From: Ascidiella aspersa
Taxonomy: Eukaryota
Length of the DNA stretch: 64,000 nucleotides
Direction of reading: 5' to 3'
NCBI GenBank assembly: GCA_963924565.1
Contig: OZ004608.1
Location: 36,146,001-36,210,000 of the forward strand
Each line of letters opens with the position of its first letter. Position 1 is the first letter of the stretch. The translations under genes and the position numbers were made by a program. The notes beneath the pieces were generated by a model. It was not told the origin of the DNA and did no database searches. It was given only the letters and a program-made list of their open reading frames with translations. Of the stretch, positions 38,501 to 50,500 are shown one piece after another.

Positions 38501-41500
38501 TTCAGCCCCGTAGTACATTTCATCAAAACGCTACAACGCAAGTGGTTCATATTTACAAATGGTGAGGAGTATGTTAACGCTACTTATAAGCGTGTAGTTT
38601 TATTTTGCCGTTTTTTATTGTAACAAAAAAAAAACAATGACCAAGTTGTGTGCTTGAACCCGTGGTTGGTAGTTTTGCTTCGTGATTGTAAGATCAACGT
38701 TGACAGGGTAATCGTTCTGTTTTATTTGTGTGCTCTTTGTAACAAAAAAAACTAACGATAAATGTATCAAATGGCTGTAGGTTTAAGTAATTCTCTTTAC
38801 TTAACTTAAGAGAATTAGCTTCTGCGCGTCAAAAAGCACGCCAAAGCTTTATGATTGTTACAGACATTCGTGAAAGATTTATTTAAATACGTGACTGTAA
38901 TATAATTATTTACTTAGATTACTAAATGCTCTTTTCTTCAAAACGAAAAATGTCTACTGTTTTACGCGACTAACAGGCACAATAGATCGATATTAAGCAG
39001 ATGTCATTAGTCTATATTGTGGGTAATGAACTTGCCATACTTGTGAAATATTCAATGTTAATAAAAAAGTGAAATATTCAACATTAATAAAAAGCAATCG
39101 CCGAACTTAGGGCATTTGTTATTGTTGCGATCTCTTAGTGCCTTGGCGATTAAATAACAAGTTGCCATTTGAACTCACGAATGCGACTTATTTTAAACCG
39201 CATGAGCAATCAGACAATAAATTGGGTGAGATTTGAACCTTTGACCTTGGGAATACACAACTACCGGTAGCTGTGAATGCGTGTTCATATCTGCACACCA
39301 GGGCCAAGTGTAGTGGATACGATATATTGTTTAATAACACAAAATAAGATGACAAATCTCACCTCCCAAGTGACAACCAGCTGGCCTGGCTTTCCCCCAC
39401 CACCTGAAACTCCTGAAGGTGATGCAACCGGTGCTGGGAAGAAAAGGAAGGTTTTAAGCACATCTTACTACAGTGATTCCTCCAACATTTACTATACTAC
39501 AGTGATTCTCTCTCCAAGTGCCTTTCGTTGTATTTCAAATAGGCATGAATATACACTATCCATTACAAAACTGATAATATTAGTACATTTATTTAGTGCC
39601 TTACCATGTATTAAGTGCGATTCTTAAGTTATAAAATCGTTGTTTTATAGAAATTGTGCCGCCATAGTTTTTAATTTTTTATTGTGCCGTAAGTTAAAAA
39701 ATGGCTTTCTAGCTCAATACGTTTAAAATTGTTACTGAAGGTAACTTTTCGCACTTCCAAGAACATTACGCCATTAATTCTTAGATGCGTTGTCTTTAAA
39801 CCCCGCCTACCAAGGTTAGGTACATAAAAGTTTATTTTTGTATTTAAATGTTACTGCTTTTATTTGATTTTTCCTAATAAAGGTCCTTTCACGCGACTCT
39901 AAATAACAGTAGCTGTTCAGTTATCGACACGACCCTCTAGTCTATTTGAACGTAGCCCTAGGTGCGACAATGGTGCGTTTTCAGGTTTTAACCGTAACAA
40001 ATTTAACTAACAATAGTTTTTAGCGGTTTAACGCATTTTGTGATGACTTGGGTTTCTGACATTTGCTTTACAAGATTTCTTCAAACGGACGAAACTTTGA
40101 TTCTTTATAATTGTTTTTAATTTAATTTTCGTACATTAAGTTGAAATTACAGATAAAGAACACTTTTCTTGAAGAGCCTAATCATACCTCCAGCTGACGT
40201 TTTTTGTGGGGTGCTAGGTTCACTTCCCTCTCCCCTTCCGATCTTGTTCCACGCGTAAACTGTGTACTGGTAGTCGTTGTATGGCAGGAGACCTTCAACC
40301 AGACACGAGGTCACGTTTGTACTGCACGCCACCACCCAATCATCACTGAAGCCATTCTTGCAGTGCACCTGTAAAACATAAATCGTATTATATGTTAAGG
40401 CTAAGGGGGATAAAGATACACACAGACATATTTCTTCAACAAGTGTGATCTAGCTCTTCTAAATCTGCTTATTGACCAACGATTACGGCTTACGTATTAT
40501 TAGTACGCCGCAACCATCGCACAATCAACGAAGCTGTCTAGTACAATCAACTTAATATTGAAGGGGATCTACAGTACCGTATCATTCAATGAAAGATGCG
40601 CACACATGTGTTTAATAAAAACTGTGATCTAGCCCCCCGGAAGCTGCTTATTGACCAACAATTACGGCTTACGACAAAATGTAGCAAATATTGGCGTATG
40701 GTTGTTTCTCGACTCGTTTCCCTCTGAGCCTATAGCTTAGTTGGTAGAGCCAGGGATGACCGGAGGTCGTGAGTTCTAACCTCACTGCAGGCTAGTTGTT
40801 TTTCTATCCTTCCCGGCTTGCATCAATGATCGACAGATTCTGCGATGGCTTTCAGTGTACTAATGAGCCGTAATCGTTGGTCAAAAAGCAGGTTCAGAAG
40901 GGCTAGATCTCAGTTGTTAACACACATATTTGTGTACATATGTTTCATTGAATAATTGATATGGTGCTGTTGATCCCCTTTAATATGAAGTTGCTTGTAC
41001 TGATTGAGCAAGCATTGGCGTATGGTTGTTTCTCGACTCGCTCCCCTCTGAGCCTGTGTAGCTCAGTTGGTAGAGCGACGGTCCCGGTATGAACGGAGAT
41101 CGTGAGTTCGAACCTATGTTTTCTAGCCTGCTCTGCTTGCATAATTGATCGACAACTTCGCTTAGTCTGCGATGGTTTTCGTTATGTTAAAGGCCTATTG
41201 TTGTTAAGTGTGGCAAATTTTGTTGATAAAAAAATTTAAAGATCATACTTCAAGACCAAATCAGCTCATCATGTTGTGATACGCATTTTGTATGAACGCT
41301 TGGTAAAATGGTAAACAAGCTAACATATTATCTGTTTAGATTTTTTTAGCAAAGCGTTAGTTTCTTTATATCGTTATTAGGCTATGTGGTGTTTGTGCGA
41401 CTCTAGGCAAATAAAATGGAAATGGCTAAAAAATATAACAGTGTTTTCAGCAGTCGTGCTTACATTTTGTGCTTTACTTTAATAAATACCCTTTAGAAGT

Positions 41501-44500
41501 GCAAAAATACATGCAAGTAAGCATGCAATACTTCAATTATAACTCATACCATTATGTTATTTAACTATCGCCTGACCATGTTGTATAAAAATGTAGAATA
41601 TTTTTTTAAAGTCATTTTAACCTCGTATTTCGTCACAGGAGCCCCATTGTCCTCAGCCGCTTGCCACGTGACTTGCTGGGAGGTGGAAGGAGCAGAGTAG
41701 GGTGGAGTGATTGTGACGTCATTAGGAGCGCTCGGAGGAGCTGGAGAAGCCACGTGGTTAGTTAGAATTGCTTATTGGATCTATCTGGTTTACTCACGAA
41801 AAAAAAAAATAACGTGCAACTTTATGGATGGAAACTGTGTAATGCAATATTTGTTTATTTATGGCTGACAAATGAACTGACAAAGAACTTTAACCGTAAT
41901 GTTCAACGCATACGGTATATATAATTGAGATATGGGCAATTTTGGGTTCAGGTGGTGGACATTTTAAAGCGCCCGAAGCGCTACCCTATACACATAAACT
42001 TTATAATTAATTGACTTACTGAAAATCAAAATCAAGCGAGCTTTTGCCCTTTTGCTCTACGCGAGGTTTCCGTCCTCACTGAAGCCCACCTTAGGACACC
42101 TGCGTTACTCTTTGACAGATGTACCGCCCCAGAATACAAACCGCGAAAGCGTGGCCTATCGATCCTTTTAATTGACTTAAATATAAAAAAAAGTCTTAAA
42201 ATTGTGGTAAAAAGTATTTTGACAATGTAGAAGACAGCAAAGATTGAAAACCAATGTTGAAAAACAACTCCTTAAGCGATCCATACAATGTTCTACACTA
42301 CAACCTCATAACAGCTAGTTTAGTTTATGAGATCGAATTTTATTGTGGAGTTTCTTTTGATCTCTCCATTGGCTGAAAAAACGTGCCAATTTCGGCGCTC
42401 TTTCACTATTGTACGTAAAAATTAATAAAAAAGAAATTTCTTCAAATGCCGCATACCACAACACATTGTTTGGGTTAGGTTGGGGTTAGCATTTGGTTGA
42501 GGGTGGGTCAAGTTATTATTAATAATAAACATAATATTACTTGACCCACCCTCACCCAAACGCTAACCCGCACCCTAACCCAAACAATATGCGTTGTGGT
42601 ATGCGGTATTATTATTATTTTTTTTTGCATAACTTTTCACGTACAATAGTGAAAGAGCGGCCCAATTTCCACTTACCTAGCACACTAACGTTGACAGATG
42701 CGCAGTCTGAGCCGACTTCTGTGCTGGCGCAACAGGCGTAAGTACCTGTCTGTTCACCTTCAACGTCCATAAGCTGTGTGTATTTGAAGGGTGTTAAACG
42801 GAAACTAAAGCTATGTTCGTTACAGTTTTGCGTTGCAGACTTAGAGTATCGAAACGAACCATATAATAGAAAAAATGAATTAAAAAAAAAACTTATTAAG
42901 GAGTCAAACAGTAAAAAGGAGTCAAACAATAAAAAAGTGTATTTAAAAATACAACACAAGGTAATGGATTACTGACTAATTCAATGAGAGCTTTACTAAA
43001 AGTAAAGACTATAGGTCACGTAAGGCAAAATAGTAGATATGATATAAACCTGAAAAATTAGCGAAAAACATTGCCACTAGTTTTCCGGATTTAGAATTAG
43101 ACAAATGCGACTATTAACAAAGATAGATAGTCAAACCTAAATGTGCGAATCTCAAGTTTCCATATATGGTCACCATGAGATCACACAAATTTCTACCTAA
43201 TCGTAATGACGACATAAGTGTTGTGAACAAGTCTGTCCAAGTTAAGTCTTTTCGCTTCTAAGTCAAGTCTCAACTGCAAGTTAAGTCTTTTTGAATAAAT
43301 AACAAGTCAAGTCCAAGCCACCAGTTGCTCAAGTCAAGCAAATAATAAAGCAAGTTAACTCCAAGTGTAAACCAATAAAAAGTCCAGTCTAGTCATTTCT
43401 CCAAAAGAGTCGAGTCAAGTGACTTTTCACAAAAGACTTTCGTCAAGTCATTTGTTAAAAACATTGACTGAAGTGCACTGAAGTCATGCCTTTGACTTAC
43501 GTCATTCCAATAGTACTACACAATATACCAACTTAAACATCACGCACCTTCAAAGAACCTCCCTGGTTTGCGTAATGTTCGTCCCTGATGACCAGTTTTC
43601 CATTTTGTGTCCATTTCCATGTAACCACGAGGTTGACGTCATGCGACTCCGAGCATTCAAGGTCAACCGCGTCACCGAAGGTCAAGTCAATGTTCTCCAA
43701 CGGGTATTTCGTAATAATCGTTGGCTCTGCGCCAAAGTCACATTTAAATCTGCTTTTTCATAAAAGAATTTCATAATGAAAAAAATCAATGCGCCTTATA
43801 GTTGGAACTTCAGTCGAAGAACATCAAACATGTTGCAAAAAGCTTTATTTTAAAATAAAATGCTGACCGATGGTTTATTTCTTGTCTTAAGGCAATCCAA
43901 GTATCATTTTTTTGTAAGTTTTGACAAGAATACCGATTTTTTTCGTTCTGTGTTTTTGATTTTAAACTGGAAGCAAAGAACGTTCAGTAGAAATGTAAAG
44001 ATCAACCTCCTTTTGTGAAACATCTTCCTTTTCCTTGCGTTTAACGTTATTTTCCAAGGTTTGTTAAACACCTTGTTTGTGTGGGTATTCTCCTATAGAG
44101 CCCTTTGTTACCACCAGGTGTTTAAGCACATCGTAAACTATTCTGATTTTGCAAAGTTGCCTCCAAAATAGCAGTTATAATTGTTACCGTAGCGTAGTCT
44201 ACTCACGATAAGCTTGCAGATAGGTTTGTCCATCCACACTCCCGAGTATGTTGGTTGCATTGCACGCGTACTGCCCCTCGTCTGAAATATCCACGTTCTT
44301 CACAGTAAGGCTCCCGTCATTACCGAAAGAGTATCTGGAAAAACATGGCGTTTTGAATAAGGGTGCCTCAGCTTGTATCATCGTTCAGTTTGTGATGATT
44401 TAATATAACAAAAAATTGTGGAAATTGGAAAATATACTTGGGAAATGTTAGGCTGTTCTGACAAGTTACAGTTTAGTAAAAAATTGCAATTCACATAATA

Positions 44501-47500
44501 TTGTTTAAAACACTTTGTTTTGCAAGAAGTGTGCAGTGATGGTGCTGAAAAAAGTTCAAGAACCTCTGGCTTAGATTTGGAGCATGCACTGGTGTGAAAG
44601 TTTGACAGTACTTTTGATTACGTTAAAATTAAACAATGTTAATAGTAATGCTTAAAGATTTGTAAAACTTGAACGCAATGTTGCCCTTTACTGTAAGAAC
44701 TTTGACATTTTCATTAAGTTAGATTTCGGTTATTATTCGATTCAGTTCTATTTCAATGAAATTACTTTGGGTTATTTTCGATGCTCATCTGATCTTTTGT
44801 CCACGTAAACGTTGGCGCCGGGGCTGCTGTGACGTTACAAGGGATGATGACGTCATGGTTGATTGCCGCTTTTGTAATGTCGTTCATCTTCGTCACAAAC
44901 ACGGGTGGCGCCGCTGAGCAAAATGGAGAATAACATACATTGGGAGAAAGCATATTTCTTGCGTTTGTTTCTAGTTGTGTAAAAAGGATGGATGGGGCAT
45001 ATCCGGCCAGATGTCAATTGGGGCGTCATGGTCGAATTTTTTTGAAAGTTTGGTAAAATTTTGGAACAAAAATTTTGGAACGTTTTTCACGATTGACAGT
45101 AACGTTTTTTACGATTGACATAGTGTCGTGCCACGAGACAACCTGGTAAAAAAGCATACATGCCTTTATGCCAGTTTTAGTCCTCTTGACAAATTAGAGA
45201 GGCCATTCTACTTGTACCAATGGCCAATACAACTATAGGGAAATTTTCCAAAACAACATTTATTGCCTTTTATACGTGCAAATCAGTTCATTGTGCTTGG
45301 TAATTCAAATTTTTTTGGTGTGTCATCTGACTAACAGCACACTCCCATATGATAACTATGACCCACTTAACCTATTGCTTAATCTTACTATCAACTGTAA
45401 TCTTGTCTACCTTTCTTAAACCTTAGTGCGCTTGACAATCCAGAGGCTCTTATAATAGTAACAAAAATCGAACTTACATCTGACAACTTTGATGTGGTTT
45501 CATATAGCGATTAGTAAATAACTATCGAATAGTTTTTTTTTTGTTAAATTCAGTTTTAAAGCGCTTGACAAAACAAAGGTTCTTACGTTAGCGTTATCTC
45601 AACAAAACACACACTCACATCTTACGACGATACGCGCGCTCGAGAAGATGGTTCCCTGATCATTGACAGCTTCGCACTGATACATCCCAGTGTCCCCTTG
45701 ATCAACCGAGTAAATGTACAAAGTACTTCCTTCGACGTCGTTGCTTATCTGTGTCTTCCCGTTGCTCCCTTGAGTAAGAGAAACTCCGTTCTTCATCCAG
45801 AGGTAGGACGCAGGAGGAACGGCTGCTGCCTCGCAACGGAGGGTAGCTGTCTCGGATTTGTCCACCATTGTTGTAGTGATCTCCCTAACCCATTGCGGTG
45901 CATCTGAGTGAAATAAAGCACAATCTGATTTGGAAACAGTATACGAGTGTGGTAAGAAAATATAATTTTTTTCCCGGCTGGCGAAATAAGTGCGGAACAT
46001 AAAGGTTTTTAGTTTTTTGAAATGATATACGCTTCCCTTTAAAATAAATTGTTTTTCCGTATTACATTTTTTTTCTATGTTCTGACTATTCTCACACGTA
46101 TCCAAAACAATACTGTCAAAGTGGTGCTAAAACACCCACTAGCTAGTTTACCTTGTCATTCCAAAGCAACCTGTGCTTCCATGTAGTTATAATGGAAAAT
46201 TTTAATTAATTTTCATCTTTCAGAAAACATAATTACAAACCATGGGTTTTTCCCAATCCTTAAGCAATGTTGGATGTTATTTTAAGTTTCAATTCTTGTC
46301 AAGTATCAGCTTTCCCATCATATCTGTGTAATTAAAACTGACCAGGCAAGACGGGGCAGTGACTTAATGGAACGCCTGGAATTTTGGTTACATATTGACT
46401 TGGAGATATCTGTTCGTCGAAATCGACCAAAGGTTGAGTTTAACTCGTCACGTACATGATTTCGTTATCATGGATTTTACAAAGACACTGGAAAGAGTTA
46501 CGTGATGTAACTGGCTTAAATCGTTTGTTCCTTTTTCCAGGTTCATTATTACGCAAAAATATCTTTCAATGTTCATAATTATATCTAGGTTTTGGGCAAC
46601 GATTATTAAGAGACTGCTTTGATGACCATTAGGAAATTGTAATGACCATTAGGAAATTTGTAAGGCTTATGCTCCAGTTGTTTTAAAGTAGATGGCGGTT
46701 GTTTTTCCTACGAACTGCAATTTGGCAAGTTTGATTTAATGTCACGAAATATTCGATGTTAAAGTGTTGCAAAATCAAACGATTAATTTACACATTGTCT
46801 GTTATTTCTTACAGTTTTTTTAAAGGGCTGAAAGTACCACGGAACTCGACAATTTAATTTGCAGTTAAAAAATAGTAAAATCATGTCTAAACCTGAACGA
46901 GTTTTTAGTGCTGACGTAATTGTTGCGTTGGTTTGTAACAGACAAAGTCAACATTTAGTAACTCGTTAAACGATCGTTGGCCTTTCCAAACAAATCCACA
47001 CTGTCTGTCTGTCGCAATATTTCGCAATATGTATTTTAATTTTAAACTACACCTACCGGCAAAGGATTATTTATAAGGCTTGAAATTTGTTTTCTGTTTT
47101 AAAATTTTTACTATATGTTAAAATATTTTGTTAGCGTCTTAAAAACATCTTAACCAAAAATTAGATTTGACACCATGTTTGAACAGCGTTAGTAAAACTG
47201 TACAACGGACATGTTCTACAGTGTAAACACTGGTAAATTAGATATTTTTTATACTCTCCAGTCTTGGTCAAATTTATAAATTCTAGTCATTTTAGAAAAT
47301 ATATTTCGTCACAAAATAAGGCAGCATCAGTAAATCTTGATTTGAAATTAAGAGATTGATGATGCCTTGTTTTGTGGCGGAATACATTTCTTGTTTGAAA
47401 GACTGGAACTTATAAATGACTGACTTTGACCAAGACAGGAAAGTCTGAAGAATATGTCCCATTTGAAGTCGTTGTCGTCACGTGTAAGGGCGAGGAGAAA

Positions 47501-50500
47501 TCTTCATATTTTACACGTTTAGTTTGCCATTGACAAACTAGATGTCTGATTATTGTTTCAGTTCAAGTAAATTTTTGTCACTTCTGGTCAATTTTTTTAT
47601 TAAGAAGTCCGCTGCTGAAGGTCATCTAATTACAATTACAAGAATATGGTCAATACCCTGGTTTAAATAACCAATGCACGTTTAAATTCCATCTAATGTT
47701 GTTCGTTTGACGATACAGTATGTGAAACGTCTGTAATCGGCGCATATTTTTTGCCCAAAAAATCGGTTATCTGAATAAAAAACATTCCTATCAAGTACTG
47801 CGTTGTTTGTCACTGGTTACTTTTCCACTTAAATTTCATCCTTAATGACTTTACTTAAGTGCACTTAAGTCACTGTTTTTAAATGACTTGACTTAAGTCA
47901 TTTTGACAAAATGACACGACTTGACTTAACGTTTTATTTTTATGACAAGGACTTGAAGTCGACTTGCTCTAATTAGGACTTGACTGGGACTTGACTTGCG
48001 CAACTGATGACTTGGACTAGAACTTGACTTGTTATTAATTCAAAAAGACTTGGACTTGGACTTCAGTTATTTTACAAAGGACTTGACTGGGACTTGACTT
48101 GTTATTTATTCAAAAAGACTTTGATTTGGACTTGAGTTGTTTTACAAATGACTTGACTTGGACTTAAGTTATTTTACAATGGACTTAACTTGGACTTAAG
48201 GGACTTAAGTCATTTTTAAATGACTTATTTACAACACTGGTTACTTTTATACTTGTGTCCACTTACATTGCAGCTCTAGGCGCCCTTCTGCCGACACTTC
48301 ACCGAGTGAGTTAGTGGCCGTGCATCTGTAGCGACCTTCCGACGCTTCCGTGACATCAGTGAAGACCAGCTGACCAGCTTTGGACACTTGGTGGCCAGTC
48401 GGCATCTTGCCGTCCACTCTGGTCCAGTTCACCGTCGGTGTGGGACTGAAAGTAAGTTGTAGGGTTTGTAGTTGGAATCCATCCCATGCCGATGTGTTAA
48501 TTGGGCAATACAAAGAGTTACTACATTTTTACTTTGGACAAAAATTGTTGTAACTAGGCTAAAACACTTTCGAATGTAAGGGATCTCCCGCAGACAATAA
48601 AATGTATAAGAAAGATTATTGCTTTTGTATCAAATGTTGTTTAAAGGTTAAGAAAAAACAGGTAGTTTTTTAGAATTTTTGTGTTTTATACCTGAGTTTA
48701 CAAACAGGATAAGAATTATTCTGTTTCAACTATACTTACAGTCTTGACGTTGGTTTAAATTAAAAGCTTGTTTCAGATTTTTGCGCATTAAACTTTGTTT
48801 GCGTTTATGTATTGAATACAAAACCAGCTAACTAAGTATCCTAGTTACTTGCAATTTAAAATAACCCTTCAGGAAGTGTATCAATAATGTTAACGTGTGC
48901 AACTGGACCTAATCCCGTGATTTAATCAATATATAGACGTTTCTAAAGACAGAGTGTCTAATTAAGGTTAATTTGTGACTTAAAAATTGTACAGTGCTAG
49001 TTCAAAACAAATGTTACCAGTGGTATGAACAGTTTATTGGTATATAACTTAAATCAGTTCACTAATAATTTCACAACAATGTTGAATTCAGCAATTACAG
49101 CTTACAGAATACGAGAAATGTTTCTTACTTTCCACTCGCGAAGCATTCGATGTATACACTTCCTCCCCTTTTAGCTTTGGTAACTTCAGCTGGAACAGCC
49201 AATAGCTTTGGTGCTTCCTCCGTAACTGAAATTGGTAAAACAAGTTGAAAACTTCGTACAAAATTCAATATGCGTTCACTTTGTTTCGGAGACCACAAAA
49301 AATAGGAAGAGGCTGTTTATCCGACTAGCAAAGTAATTTAAATCACATTACCACTATATTATGAGTGTATGTCTACCTCGCTAACAGAGCTATTTTTATA
49401 AGTTAGGGAATTAATAATAAATAAATGAACGTATACCTTAAACTATAGGACATGTTTTAAACATTTTATGATCGCTAGGCGATAATTCCGAACTCGATGT
49501 ACAATCACTAATGGGTGTATTTGTAACTCAAACGAAATAGGGCAAATAGCCACTTCCCAAACATTATGATTAAATCTGGAATAGCAGTTCAATGCATTTG
49601 GCAAGATCATTACCATTAAAAGGTCGTCCAAAAGCACCGCTTTTAATAGAGTGGTTTGACTACTATTTTTAGCGGTCAAAGACATAGGTGGCATCATAAT
49701 ATCTAGACCAGTAGTTCCCAAACTTTTTTGGTCTGTGGCCCAAATGTCTACTTAATAGCAATTCGTGGCTCATCACGTGCTCTAAATTTGGACACAAACA
49801 TTTTCTACAAAAATTTAAACCAAAAACTGTTATTTCAACACAGCAGCTAAAACCCTTTGTTAGGAGATAATGACCTTTATTGCTAAATAATTATTGTTTT
49901 TTAAACAAAGCGCATTATATTGTACAGTATAACAAAACAGTAGTAACTGTTCAAATGGCTCTGTGGCCCATTGAAAATGTCTTGGTGGCCTAGTACTGGG
50001 CTATGGCCCACAGTTTGGGAAGCACTGATCTAGACAAAAATACATATATAGGTTTGACTCTTCAGCTTACGTACGTTAGCAATTCTGTATGTCAACCGTT
50101 TAGAATAAAAAAAATTCAACCGTTTTATTATCCTGGACGAAAGTTAAGTTAGAGGCAACTAAATAACCGTAACCTGGGCTAATGCGGTCAACGAAAACCA
50201 CTGGGGATTTTATTGTTTTACGGATCCAAAAGTCACACTTTTAGGACAGCGAGTTTACGCCAGTTTTTATTCATAATTCTTAAGTTCTGAAGAAAACAGG
50301 ATCTTGTTGGATCAGTTTGCTTATCTGTGTAATCCGAAATCCTTAATTTTTGAGAAAACTTTATCTTGTTGGTTTACATCAAATTGGATTTATTAACTGG
50401 TCGTCAAGAGTGAATATCTGTCAAAGATTTTCTGCGCTTTCGGTGTACTAATGATACGTAAGCCGCAATCGTTGGTCAAAAAGCAGTTCAGAAGGGCTAG

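Noticed and set aside
42017-42169. Functional rRNA gene
   Set aside because: Only about 150 nt, rearranged and intronic.
46343-46487. Possible extra contactin exon
   Set aside because: It has a stop in the required phase, and the flanking exons join in frame without it.
47850-48238. CRISPR-like periodic array
   Set aside because: Degenerate GACTT pentamer repeat with no unique spacers, in a eukaryotic context.
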